A DNA stretch of 64,000 bases from an uncultured Rivularia sp. (GCA_963665115.1 OY762007.1:5152001-5216000); one strand, 5' to 3'; positions 43,547 to 54,121 are shown, counted from the stretch's first letter. Made by a program: numbers and translations. The notes: a model not told the origin generated them from the sequence alone.

Positions 43547-43627
43547 GGATTCTACTTATGAAGATACGAGATAATTCTACCAGAAAAACGTTAAGTGGTT
43601 AACACTGTTAACCATTTAACAACATGA

Positions 43628-44242
43628 TTATTTTCTACCATCTTTATTAGGTAAACGTATAATGATGCGACGTTTGTGACGTACTAAAACCTGCTCGTCT
43701 TCAAACTGTTGCAACAAACGAGTTACCGTAACACGTGTTGTATTTAACACTTCTGCCATCTCTTGATGGGTGACGTTCAAGTCAATAAGTTTACCTTGTT
43801 CTACTTCACGACCGAACTTTTCACTCAACCAAACTAAAAATTGCCACAAACGTAGCGAAATTGGTTTGCGATGTACTATACTTAGTAACTCCTCTGACTG
43901 TTGAATGTGAGAAACCAAGGCTTCAACGTCTTGATGCCACATTTGAGGTGGTAGAACGCTTACTTCAACGCTGGTCAGACATTCAATTTGGTAAGGCTTA
44001 ACGCAGGAAAGTGGATAGCCAACCAAATCTCCCGGACCCCAGTAACCTAGAGTGATGAATGCCCCATCTTCACTCCAGGTTAATGTCCGAACTGCACCGC
44101 GCTCTATTCTCCAAAGTACGTCGTTACGTGGTGGAATTACTTCGCGACGAGTAAACAGTCTTTGTGGTAATGAACTGCTACTGGTATTATTATTTGTGTT
44201 TTGTGAAAAACTACTGTTTACAGGACGATTTGTAGAATACAT
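43628..44242 (-). CDS. Crp/Fnr-family transcriptional regulator
   Basis: VTHQEMAEVLNTTRVTVTR HTH. Confidence 0.9.
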   Translation of the reverse strand: MYSTNRPVNSSFSQNTNNNTSSSSLPQRLFTRREVIPPRNDVLWRIERGAVRTLTWSEDGAFITLGYWGPGDLVGYPLSCVKPYQIECLTSVEVSVLPPQMWHQDVEALVSHIQQSEELLSIVHRKPISLRLWQFLVWLSEKFGREVEQGKLIDLNVTHQEMAEVLNTTRVTVTRLLQQFEDEQVLVRHKRRIIIRLPNKDGRK

Positions 44243-44768
44243 TCTCTAAGATTCCTTTGTTGGTTAGGTTTGTCGAGGATTGAATTTAAAGCGGTCAAAG
44301 GTATCCTATGGATTTGCCACCACCCTGTAAAACATGGTCAAATCAAATTAGGATTTAACTCATACAATTAATGTTTTGTATTTGCTGTCTTTTTTAGTAG
44401 ATTGTTTTTGTTTGGCTCAGCCAAAAGGTAGATGAAGTCTCTCAAGGAACTCTGCTAATTTATAAGTAATTAACTGGTGAGTATATAGTTCATCCGAAAT
44501 ACATTCCCTGAGAAAATACTGCTGTCGGCTTGATAAATTCTATCGTAAGGCTACAAGTTCTTAGCAGTAAAAATATAAATCAAAAGTATATTTAGCCACT
44601 TAATTACAGGCACAACAGTTCCCATTATTACCTAAACTCGCTACTTTATGTTTATGGGAACGTTAAATTTGCTTTATGCTTAATTGCGAAATTCTCTCAA
44701 AACAATAAATATGCGGTGCCTAGAATCACATTGTAAATCATTTTAAAACAATTGAGAATATTTTGCAA

Positions 44769-47009
44769 CTAAGCTTCTGCAACTTTAGTGACATAAATAA
44801 CCGCTGGTTTCGGAGGCGCATCGGTTGTTTTGCTCGGCCAGTTAGAACCAATAGGAACTTTACGATTTTGCGTAAATTCTTCCCCTGTGGTGCTGTAAAG
44901 CAGATAATCCCGGCTTTCCGAGGCTTGATTTAGGCGAGTGCCGTTAGCTTCCCCAGGATGCTGGATGGATAAAAACATGGTTTGCTCGTCAGGAGTCAAG
45001 CATGGCCCGGTTGTTTCGCACTCCATTGGCCCGATACCAAATAACGAGGCTTTACCTGCATTTTCGCCGGAAGTCGGAATATACCAAATAGTGTTATTAC
45101 CAAATAGTCCCGATATATTTGCAGTTTTACCTTCTTCGTCGGTACGTTTTGTAACGGCGTTATTTAGTTTGGATGTTGAAGTATCCGTTACCATCCACAC
45201 ATTCCCACTTTTATCTAAAAGCAGGTTGTCAGGGTTTGCGAAACCCATTCCGCCGCTGTTTGGTTCGCCACCAGTAACAAGCATTTCCCATTTAAAAGTC
45301 ATGGCTGCTGGGTTGTTGCTGTCTTCAATTACACGCATTACCCATCCATACTCATAAGGAACTTCACCGCTTGGTCCTTTGAAAATTCTGCTATCTGGGC
45401 CACCATCTTTACTTGGAGAACCGGAAGTAAAGCTGATATACAAATCTCCATTCGGTGCAATTTCAGTGTCTTCCGGACGAGCCGTACAAGTTGCACCTGC
45501 GGCATTCGCGGCGTAATGTGCGTCAATTAATATTGCACCCTGTTTTTCTTCTGTACTACCCGTATATAGATCGCCTAACTTTTTGAATTGTTGCTTATAC
45601 CGAGCAACTTCTTCGTCTTTGCTAGCTGCGAAATAATTGCCTTTAATTGGTTCTGGTACTTCAAAAAGGGTTCGCTTTTCATCTGACGATCGCGTTCCTG
45701 ACGGTAGATTAATTAAGCTTCCGGCGATATTACTGGGAAGCTCTGGATTTACAGTGGTATCTGCATTCAAAGGCATCCAACTACCCGTACCGTCAGAATC
45801 GAATTTGGCTGCGTAGAGCATTCCCTGAGAAAGAAGTTGAGAATTAGCTTTATCTTTGGGGTTAGAAACTTTATCGCGACTAACGAATTTATAAACGTGT
45901 CCACCTCTTCTATCGCACCCTGAATAAAATGCTAGAGGCTTTCCTGATTCGGCGCGAACCCCTACTGCTTCATGGCGGTAGCGTCCCAACCAAGTATGCT
46001 TTGTACCGTAATCGTTGGGGTTAGCCGGATCTACTTCAACTATCCAGCCATATTTATTCCCAGCTAGTCCAAAAACGTTACCTTGACCGTACAAATCTCC
46101 TTTACTCAATAAAAAAGGAACTTTTTCTGGTTCAAAGGATGTTCCATCAGCGTACACTGGCTCGGGTACCTGTGCCTGAAAATTTTCTTCTGCACTTAAT
46201 ACCGTTCCCCAAGGTGTAGTTCCACCAGCGCAATTACCAAACGAACCAATTATGCGATCGCCAAGTTTGTCAGTGTAGCCAAGTCCTTGCTGTTTGCGAA
46301 ATACGAGTACGGCAGGACCTGTTGATTTAAGGTATCGTCCGTCTTCTAAACCAGAAATTCCGCTAATACGTCTATCTACATTGCTATTGCTACGTTCCCA
46401 TTTTCCATCGGCGTTCTTGCGAATGGAAATAATACCTAATCCCTGATCTAATAATGCTTCAGAACTAATTTCTCGTATTTTAGCTTTCAACGGATTGTCT
46501 TCTGTTAAAGCATAAGCGTTAACCTCACCTTTCCCTTGAGAATCGGTGTTTAGCTTGCTTATGACTTCATCTATTGGTAACGATTTTCCTATCACCTTAC
46601 CATACGTTTGTATCCAAGGAATAGCGCTAATGTATTCAAAATTAACTGAGAGATATCCTTCATTTTCTCCCGCTGGCACAAACGATAAATAATCATTGTT
46701 GTAACCAAATCGGGAATCACCGACTTTATCGCCCCAAGCAGCAATAACTTGATACTCAAAACCATTTGGTAATACCAAATCATCAACTACTTCATAGTTG
46801 CGGTAAGCTTCTTTCTGTTGTTCAGGCGTAAAGCCAGCATTTTGTAATGGAAGGGGACCTTTTACGGGTTGAAATACGGATAACGCCTTATTCTGTGGCG
46901 TATTTGGCTGCATAGTTACTTTTTTATCACACCCTGACAGCGAACCAAGTGCAACCGCACCCGCACTTCCTCCCATCAACAAAAAAAAATCACGACGTTT
47001 GATACTCAT
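44769..47009 (-). CDS. phoX: PhoX-family alkaline phosphatase (Tat-exported)
   Basis: KRRDFF Tat motif; NCAGGTTPWGTVLSAEEN, LGRYRHE, RPED, NPDN and IQHPG motifs. Confidence 0.92.
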   Translation of the reverse strand: MSIKRRDFFLLMGGSAGAVALGSLSGCDKKVTMQPNTPQNKALSVFQPVKGPLPLQNAGFTPEQQKEAYRNYEVVDDLVLPNGFEYQVIAAWGDKVGDSRFGYNNDYLSFVPAGENEGYLSVNFEYISAIPWIQTYGKVIGKSLPIDEVISKLNTDSQGKGEVNAYALTEDNPLKAKIREISSEALLDQGLGIISIRKNADGKWERSNSNVDRRISGISGLEDGRYLKSTGPAVLVFRKQQGLGYTDKLGDRIIGSFGNCAGGTTPWGTVLSAEENFQAQVPEPVYADGTSFEPEKVPFLLSKGDLYGQGNVFGLAGNKYGWIVEVDPANPNDYGTKHTWLGRYRHEAVGVRAESGKPLAFYSGCDRRGGHVYKFVSRDKVSNPKDKANSQLLSQGMLYAAKFDSDGTGSWMPLNADTTVNPELPSNIAGSLINLPSGTRSSDEKRTLFEVPEPIKGNYFAASKDEEVARYKQQFKKLGDLYTGSTEEKQGAILIDAHYAANAAGATCTARPEDTEIAPNGDLYISFTSGSPSKDGGPDSRIFKGPSGEVPYEYGWVMRVIEDSNNPAAMTFKWEMLVTGGEPNSGGMGFANPDNLLLDKSGNVWMVTDTSTSKLNNAVTKRTDEEGKTANISGLFGNNTIWYIPTSGENAGKASLFGIGPMECETTGPCLTPDEQTMFLSIQHPGEANGTRLNQASESRDYLLYSTTGEEFTQNRKVPIGSNWPSKTTDAPPKPAVIYVTKVAEA

Positions 47010-47734
47010 CAGTTTATTTCTTACGACACCAGCATTTTTAGTTAGATAGGAAACAATTTTATATCGCCTTTGTTACTTTAATCGTGAAAGTTTAAGAATA
47101 GGTAAGCTTTTTGTAAAAAGTAAGTTAGTTTACAACGCTTTTACTAGTATACTTTCTTTATTTTTCAATAATCACTTTTAAGTAATTACCGCTTATTTGT
47201 CTTAGCAAATATGTGTACATTTAAACAGATGAATCTTTAAAGTGTCAACTGTTTTTCATTTTTTATTTGTTTTTTCGAGAGACAAATAATCTAGGTATAA
47301 TAAGCTTTTCGTAGAATATAATCCAATTTCAACGTGCAATTATTTTTAAATATTAAAAGAGTATTTATTCTTATATAAAAACTGAATATATGTATTTTAT
47401 ATAACTCCATGTTTCTAATTGATGAGCAACAATGTAATCTCTAATGTTCTGTTTGCTACTAGCTGATTGCGTGTTTTAGGATTGAGTCATAAGTATATCT
47501 ATCTATTTATATAAGTATTCGAGATTGAACAAAATTTCAAATGAACATATACTTTTATAATTCTCTATTCTCCATGTTTCTTAAGACTGATAATCAAGCA
47601 CCATTGCCGTTAAGTACAAATTCCCGCTTTAAAATCAATTTCAGGGCTGCATATACAAAATGGGTTTAAATTCACGTCTTGCAATTATATTTAATGAAAT
47701 AGATTACTCTCCACCACATTAATTTTGAGGGATA

Positions 47735-47946
47735 ACACATTTGTAGTGGGAGCGTCTCGCTCCCTCGTGGTAGCGTCTCGCTCCCTCGTGGTAGCTAGCG
47801 AGCGAGACGCTCGCACTCCCTCCCGGATACCCATCAAAGCTCCCTCGTGACAACCAGCGAGCGAGACGCATGTCCTGTGTCCTTCAGACACGCTCCGTTA
47901 ACGGAGCGAGACGATAGTCTTAGGAAGCACTACAAATAAATGTGTT
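47735..47946. repeat. Composite REP/REPIN-like element
   Basis: Ends aacacatttgtagtg ... cactacaaataaatgtgtt; internal tandem agcgtctcgctccctcgtggt and inverted gcgagcgagacgc units. Confidence 0.75.
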
Positions 47947-48185
47947 GCCGTTTCAACGATAAGAAACACATTTTTTATTTAAAATCTCAAATCCTTACTG
48001 AGCAAAACCTATAAAATGTGTAAGTCAATTCAAAGAAATTTAAAAACCCCCATTCCCTTAATAAAGTAAGGGACATGGGGGTAATAGTTTTCTTTCCATG
48101 AAGGAATTTAAATTAGCACTAATTAATAATTAAAATATCCCGATGTACTATTAATGATTTGGCGAAACCCTGAATTAAGAAAGGA

Positions 48186-48871
48186 TTAAGGACGCTGCCC
48201 TGTAACAATATAGGCCACTCGTTTACCGATATTGGTTGCATGATCTGCCATCCTTTCTAAACAACGAATTGCTAATGCTAACAGTACAATTGGTTCTACA
48301 GAACCTTTGACATCTCGTTGATTGGTTAAAGTATCGTAAACTCTATCGTAAGCTTCGTCTACAGCATCATCGAGTGATTTTATGCTGTTTGCGCCAATTT
48401 CGTCTAAATCGGCTAAAGCTCCCAAGCTAGTTGCTAACATTGCTTGAGCGTGACGAGACATTACTGCAACTTCTGGTATGCAAGAATGTGGCTCGTAGGG
48501 AAAGAGTTTTACCGCGATTTCGCTTAATCTTCAGCATAATCGCCAATGCGTTCTAAATCGCGCACTAGCTGCATAAACGCACTTAAGCAGCGCAAATCTT
48601 GTTCGTTAGGCGAATGCAAGATCATAATCGCCGTGCATTCTACTTCGATTTGCTTATAAAATCGGTCGATTTTTTCTTCTAATAAAGGCAGTTGCTCGAC
48701 TATCGATAGATCGCGAGCAAATAATGCCTGGTGCGAAAAGCGGAAGGATTGTTCCACTAAAGCACCCATTCGCAAAATATCCCTTTCTAACCGCCTGATG
48801 TCGCGTGCTAGTTGAGGTCTTGCAAAATTAGGACGAGTTAGGATAGCTTTCACGCTTGCAGTCTCAAACAT
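48186..48871 (-). CDS. phoU: Phosphate signalling protein PhoU/SphU, frameshifted at ~48526
   Basis: DLERIGDYA and CLERMADHATNI motifs lie in two frames; adding one T gives EDLSEIAVKLFPY. Confidence 0.9.
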
Positions 48872-48883
48872 GAAGTGATTTTC

Positions 48884-50206
48884 TTAAATATAATCTTGAA
48901 CTACGGATTTTGCCATTACTTGGGGAAGATGAATTTGTAGCCACGCACCACCTGTTTGTGGATGATTCATTGCTTTGATTGTTCCCCCGTGAGCAGCTAA
49001 AATTTGATCGACAATAGCCAAACCTAAGCCGCTTCCATCCAAAGTTGAATCTCCCTCTCCTTTTATAGAGCGAGAACGTGCTTTGTCTCCTCGGTAAAAT
49101 CTCTGAAATATGTAGGGTAAATCTTCTCGAGCAAAACCTACGCCGGAGTCTATAATATTTATTTCGAGCAATGGGGAACTTTGATGCTCGTTTTGATTTT
49201 TATCTTCTAAAGGTATATTAACATTAACTTCCACCCGGACAACTCCGTTAGGAGGACTGTATTTAATACTGTTATGAATCAGGTTGAAAAATACTTGGTG
49301 AAGCCGGGATTTATCAGCGTTTATCCAAGCATTATCAATGTCGGTAAAGGCAAGTTGAACTTTCTGGCGCTGCGCTATAGGTTCTAAGCTTTCCCAAACC
49401 GAGTTTATTAACGTTTTTATTTCTAAAGGCTGACAATTTAACTGAGTTGCAGGATTTGTTTCAAGTCGAGTCAAATCCAACCAACTTTGTACTAGCTCAA
49501 TTAGTCGGTCAACTTCCTTGAGAAGAAGGTTAACCCAACGTACAATCGGTGGATTCACATGGTCTTGTAAAGTTTCCACAACTAAACGCATTGAAGTTAA
49601 TGGCGTTCTGAGTTCGTGAGCGAGGTCTGAAAAAGCTCTATCGCGTGCTTGGCTCATTTCCAATAGCTGCTGACGATTTTCCAAAAATACTCCTACCTGA
49701 CCTTGAGGTAAGGGCAACCCGGTAGCCCGTAAAACTACAGACTTCTGTTCTAACATTGCCTCAGCATTCTCACAAGAGGGGTGAAACACCCACTCCTTCT
49801 GTTGCGAAGAATGGCGATCGCGAGTTTTCTCGATTAAACGGTCGAGCTCGTAAGAACGTACTACCTCCAACAACAAGCGCACTTGTCCGGGTTGCCATTT
49901 TTCTAATGACAGCATTTGACGGGCTTCTTGATTGCACCACAACAGTTGATTTTCTTCATCAACCTGTAGATAACCTAAAGGTGCATTTTCCAACAAATTT
50001 TGCAATGAAAACAGTTGCTGCTCCAAGCACTGCTGTCGTTCCTTCAATCTGGCAAACTTATAGGGCCATCCAGCAACGAAAGACTTTCTTTTTGAATAGT
50101 CAAAACGTCCGAAATAACGGTGGAACTGTATGGTATACCAAAGCCATAAACAGATGCTTAACCCTAATCCGATGAAAATTCCCAGTAAAAGCATCACAAT
50201 TGGCAA
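48884..50206 (-). CDS. sphS: Phosphate-sensing histidine kinase SphS/PhoR
   Basis: AHELRTPLT, N-box, DSGVG and GSGLGL motifs; PAS-like region; lies between sphR and phoU. Confidence 0.88.
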   Translation of the reverse strand: MPIVMLLLGIFIGLGLSICLWLWYTIQFHRYFGRFDYSKRKSFVAGWPYKFARLKERQQCLEQQLFSLQNLLENAPLGYLQVDEENQLLWCNQEARQMLSLEKWQPGQVRLLLEVVRSYELDRLIEKTRDRHSSQQKEWVFHPSCENAEAMLEQKSVVLRATGLPLPQGQVGVFLENRQQLLEMSQARDRAFSDLAHELRTPLTSMRLVVETLQDHVNPPIVRWVNLLLKEVDRLIELVQSWLDLTRLETNPATQLNCQPLEIKTLINSVWESLEPIAQRQKVQLAFTDIDNAWINADKSRLHQVFFNLIHNSIKYSPPNGVVRVEVNVNIPLEDKNQNEHQSSPLLEINIIDSGVGFAREDLPYIFQRFYRGDKARSRSIKGEGDSTLDGSGLGLAIVDQILAAHGGTIKAMNHPQTGGAWLQIHLPQVMAKSVVQDYI

Positions 50207-50242
50207 GTTGCTTTGGGACAGAAGATTAATGATAACGAATAA

Positions 50243-50995
50243 TTATCCGAAGCGATACCCGAAACCCCGAACTGTAACAATATATTCGGGGCGGGAAGGC
50301 TCTTGCTCTAATTTCTCTCGCAACCAGCGAATATGAACGTCTACGGTTTTACTGTCCCCGACGAAATCCGGTCCCCATACCTGATCGAGCAACTGCTCTC
50401 GGGACCATACGCGGCGAGTATAGCTCATAAATAATTCCAATAAACGGAATTCTTTCGGCGATAAATTAACTTCCTCTCCACGAACCAACACGCGACATTC
50501 TTGAGGATATAAAGTAATTTCTTTGTAATTTAAAACTGGAGGTTCTGTAGTCGTAATTAAGCGCTGACGGCGTAACAAAGCCCGACAGCGTGCTACCAGC
50601 TCCCTCATGCTAAAAGGCTTACTTAAGTAGTCATCCGCTCCTACTTCTAAACCTAAAACTCGGTCAGTTTCGCTACCTTTAGCGCTCAACATTAAAATTG
50701 GTACTGGGTTTCCTTGATGACGAACCAAGCGACAAATATCTAATCCATTTATTTGAGGCAACATTAAATCTAAAATGACTAAATCAAAAATAGCCTCATT
50801 ATTATTTGCGTCAAAACTTTGGAGTTGCTCTACAGCTAAACGTCCATCAGTCGCAGTATTCACCTCATAACCTTCTCCTTCCAAAGCCAAAACCAGCATT
50901 TCCCTAATTAATTCTTCATCCTCTACTACCAAAACACGACTCTTTTGTGCTATGTCAGTCGCGCGAGCATACTTAGTGGATTCGTTGGTATACAT
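50243..50995 (-). CDS. sphR: OmpR-family response regulator SphR/PhoB
   Basis: LDLMLP, GADDY and KTVDVHIRWLREK motifs; operon context. Confidence 0.88.
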   Translation of the reverse strand: MYTNESTKYARATDIAQKSRVLVVEDEELIREMLVLALEGEGYEVNTATDGRLAVEQLQSFDANNNEAIFDLVILDLMLPQINGLDICRLVRHQGNPVPILMLSAKGSETDRVLGLEVGADDYLSKPFSMRELVARCRALLRRQRLITTTEPPVLNYKEITLYPQECRVLVRGEEVNLSPKEFRLLELFMSYTRRVWSREQLLDQVWGPDFVGDSKTVDVHIRWLREKLEQEPSRPEYIVTVRGFGYRFG

Positions 50996-51220
50996 TGACT
51001 TACAAAAATACGAGGATTTTTACGTTGTAACTTTTAAGCTGTGCTTTGTGGGTATATTTACTTTTATCTAATACTAATTACTATCTTTAGGAAAAATTAC
51101 CAAAAATGTAACATATGTAACAGCACCCACATTATTATAAAACATTACCGCAAAAGGCAGGCAAAGACCAGTGGCTGCCTTACTTTTTTTTGCAGTGTGA
51201 CAAAAAAATCTCATTAGTTG

Positions 51221-51289
51221 TTGACAAAAGTATTTTTATTCAAGTACTATATTGATAGTACAAATGAACTAAACAAGAAATACTTTTTG
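51221..51289 (+). promoter_or_regulatory. Promoter overlapped by a nested inverted repeat
   Basis: TTGACA-N18-TACTAT; AAAAGTATTT..GTACTAT-ATTG-ATAGTAC..AAATACTTTT. Confidence 0.55.
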
Positions 51290-51445
51290 AATAACAATCT
51301 TCAATTGCAGGTAAGGAAACTATTCCAGTGTTTTTACTGTACTGAAATTGATGTAAAAAAGGCTACTCTAATAAATGCAAGGAGTATGTCTTTGTGATAT
51401 TCATTTGACGAAAATCATCAAACATACTGAAAAAGGAGTCGAAGG

Positions 51446-52426
51446 GTGAATACAGTTGCAACTAAAGACAGTAAGCAACAATTAATGCAAGCATTTGAGC
51501 AAATTCTTGCAGAAAAGCAAAAATTAGATTCAAAAATTGCTACCAAGCAGGAGGAAGCAGAAAAGGAGAAAGACAAAGAAATTTTAGCCGCAGCTTCGGT
51601 GTATACCGTTGATGGAATTGTCAAAGGTTTAGCCGATTTACAGTTAGAGTTTGGTACCATCGTCAACGAGCTTTCCGAAAAGCTGAAGACTGAAAACTCG
51701 AAATTAGACGAGTTAAACCGTGCGATTGAGGTTGAAACTCAATATTTACAGGAATTGCAAAAAATCCGAATTGTTGCAGACACTCTAGATGTTTTAACTC
51801 AAGAGCATCAAGAGAATTTGAGCAAAATCGAAGCAGATATTATCCAGAAAAAAGAAGCATTAGAGAAAGAAAAGCAGCAAATACTTAAAGAGTGGGAAAA
51901 AGAGCAGGCTAAATTTACTTTCTCAGAGCAGGAATATAGCGAATCACTAACCAAAAATCGCGAAAAAGAAGCAGAAGAATATCAGTATAAGTTAGAAAAT
52001 TCACGCAAAATCAACGAAGACAGCTACCAAGAAACAAAGCGTCAGTTGGAAAGAGATTTACAGCTAGCTACTCGCGATAAAGAAAAAGATTGGGTAGAAA
52101 GAGAAAAAGTAAATCAACAGCGTCAAGCTTCATTAGAAGAATATCAGAAAAAAGTAGCATCCTTTCCTGCTGAGTTGGATGCTGCATATAAAAAAGCAAA
52201 AGAAGATGCGATTAGAAATACTTCTCAAAGAACTAAAGTTGATGCCGATTTATTTGAAAAAGAGTGGGAAGGTAGCAAGCAAAGTTATGAATTAAAAATT
52301 GCTTCCTTAGAACAAACTATTGAAAGACAAAAAGAACAGATCGAAAGTATCTCAAATCAGCTACAAGAAACTTTGAAACAATCGCAAGATTTATCGATGA
52401 GAGCTTTTGGTAATTCTGTTAAGTAG
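51446..52426 (+). CDS. zicK: Coiled-coil filament-forming protein, probable ZicK (Alr4504) ortholog
   Basis: E/K/Q-rich heptads, paralogous to the next gene, AAGGAG RBS. Position between sphR and hisA matches recalled Anabaena synteny. Confidence 0.7.
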   Translation: MNTVATKDSKQQLMQAFEQILAEKQKLDSKIATKQEEAEKEKDKEILAAASVYTVDGIVKGLADLQLEFGTIVNELSEKLKTENSKLDELNRAIEVETQYLQELQKIRIVADTLDVLTQEHQENLSKIEADIIQKKEALEKEKQQILKEWEKEQAKFTFSEQEYSESLTKNREKEAEEYQYKLENSRKINEDSYQETKRQLERDLQLATRDKEKDWVEREKVNQQRQASLEEYQKKVASFPAELDAAYKKAKEDAIRNTSQRTKVDADLFEKEWEGSKQSYELKIASLEQTIERQKEQIESISNQLQETLKQSQDLSMRAFGNSVK

Positions 52427-52620
52427 GGAGTAGGGAGTAGGGAGTAGGGAGTAGGGAGTAGGGAGTAGGGAGTAGGGAGTAGGGAGTAGGGAGTAGGGAG
52501 TAGTAAGTAGGGAGTAGTAAGTAGGGAGTAGTAAGTAGGGAGTAGGGAGTAGGGAGTAGGGAGTAGTAAGTAGGGAGTAGCAAGTAGGGAGTAGTAAGTA
52601 GGGAGTAGAGAGTAGGGAAT
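52422..52620. repeat. ~200-bp heptamer array (AGTAGGG)n with AGTAGTA variants
   Basis: Starts at the stop codon of the upstream gene. Confidence 0.92.
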
Positions 52621-52707
52621 AGTAGATTTCCTATTTGCCACGACAAAGACTTAAACTACACGTTCAAATTGCACGTTCAGATTAAAAAAAAAATTTGGAG
52701 TATTATT

Positions 52708-53787
52708 ATGTCTGCGAAGAAAATTAATCAAAGAAATACCAAAAATGAAATTTTAGAAGCTTATGATGAGTTGACGAAGGAAAGATTGGAGTTGAAAAAG
52801 CAAGTCGATAGTCTTGTGAGAGCAAGTAATTCTGTTAAAACCGAGAATTTTAAAACACCTGAAAAAACACCTATTAATCAATACTCGAAAGTGCAGCAAA
52901 AAATGAATTTTACTATTGAAAGTTTAGCAAAAATTCAGTTAGGTTTTGGTAGCTCTGCGAATGAATTATCCGAACAGCTAACCACAAAAGCATATAGATT
53001 AGCAGAAATAAAGCAAATTGTAGAAGAACAATTAGAGCAACTACAGCAACTGCACGATTTAGAAGTTGCTGACGATACTTTAGATAATTTGATTGCAAGC
53101 TACGAAGAAAATAATTCAGCTTATCAAGAAGAATTTAACCAAGTTTCTGAAACATTAAATCAAGAAATACAAGAATTAAGAGAAGCCTGGAGAAAAGAAC
53201 AAGAAGATTATCAGAGCAGCATTAAAGAGCGAAATGAAAATTTAAATAAAAACCGTCAGCGAGATACTTCAACATATAAATACGATTTAGAGCGGGAACG
53301 TAATTTAGAAGTAGATGAATACGAGCAGCAACAAAAAGAATTATATCGAAATTTAGATGAATTTCAGCAGGAAACTGAAAAACGGTGGAACGAACGAGAA
53401 ACAGCAATTGCAGACAAAGAAAAACAATTTGAAGAATTAAAAATTAAAGTTGAAGTATTTTCCCAACAAAAAGAATCAGCTATCAGAAAAGCTACAGAGC
53501 AAGGAAAAGGTATAGCTGAGTATCAAGGTAAAATCAAAGCTAATTTATTTGCCAAAGAAGTGGAAGGAGAAAAAGCTTCATACCAACAAAGAATACAATC
53601 TTTGGAACAGACAATCGGCAGTCAGGAAGAAAGAGTTCAAACCCTTTCCAAACAGCTTGAGTCAGCGCTGAAACAAGTTCAAGATTTAGCGGTTAAAGCG
53701 ATTGAAGGTTCTGCTAACGTTAATACATATCAAGCTATGAAAGAAATTGCTTTAGAACAAGCGAAAAATCAGGTGAAGAATAAGTAA
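52708..53787 (+). CDS. zacK: Coiled-coil filament-forming protein, probable ZacK (Alr4505) ortholog
   Basis: Heptad-rich; shares LAxxQLxFG..NELSExL and QDLxxxA motifs with the upstream gene. Confidence 0.7.
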   Translation: MSAKKINQRNTKNEILEAYDELTKERLELKKQVDSLVRASNSVKTENFKTPEKTPINQYSKVQQKMNFTIESLAKIQLGFGSSANELSEQLTTKAYRLAEIKQIVEEQLEQLQQLHDLEVADDTLDNLIASYEENNSAYQEEFNQVSETLNQEIQELREAWRKEQEDYQSSIKERNENLNKNRQRDTSTYKYDLERERNLEVDEYEQQQKELYRNLDEFQQETEKRWNERETAIADKEKQFEELKIKVEVFSQQKESAIRKATEQGKGIAEYQGKIKANLFAKEVEGEKASYQQRIQSLEQTIGSQEERVQTLSKQLESALKQVQDLAVKAIEGSANVNTYQAMKEIALEQAKNQVKNK

Positions 53788-53920
53788 GTAGGGAGTAGGG
53801 AATAGGTAATAAACAATGAGAGAAACCCGGTATCTTGAAGATAACGGGTTTCTGATTGATTGATAAAATAATAAAAAACGTTGCAATGCAACTACATTAG
53901 TAAGAACATATATAAGTTAA

Positions 53921-54049
53921 TTAAGCTATATTATTATTCTGCTTTTTAGCTTCTTTACGATTACTAACATACTGTGCGAAACCGAGTTCTCTTCTTTTTG
54001 GTCTACCGTAATCGGGTACTCTTTTTCTTTTTCTTGCTGCCCAAGCCAT
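53921..54049 (-). CDS. 42-aa basic microprotein MAWAARKRKRVPDYGRPKREELGFAQYVSNRKEAKKQNNNIA
   Basis: Hand-translated. ATG preceded by AAGGAG; paralog directly upstream. Confidence 0.7.
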   Translation of the reverse strand: MAWAARKRKRVPDYGRPKRRELGFAQYVSNRKEAKKQNNNIA

Positions 54050-54121
54050 AGTTTTACTCCTTATTTGTATGTATATCTTTGCTATTTATTCTCTCTATCA
54101 ATAATTGTTAATTAAGGTATG

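Noticed and set aside
47691..47891. 66-aa ORF
   Set aside because: It derives from the composite repeat.
51108..51121. GTA-N8-AAC NtcA-like site upstream of sphR
   Set aside because: Mismatched, in AT-rich DNA, with no supporting promoter geometry established.
52357..52646. ORFs with LLPTPYS repeats
   Set aside because: They are translations of the heptamer DNA array, not genes.
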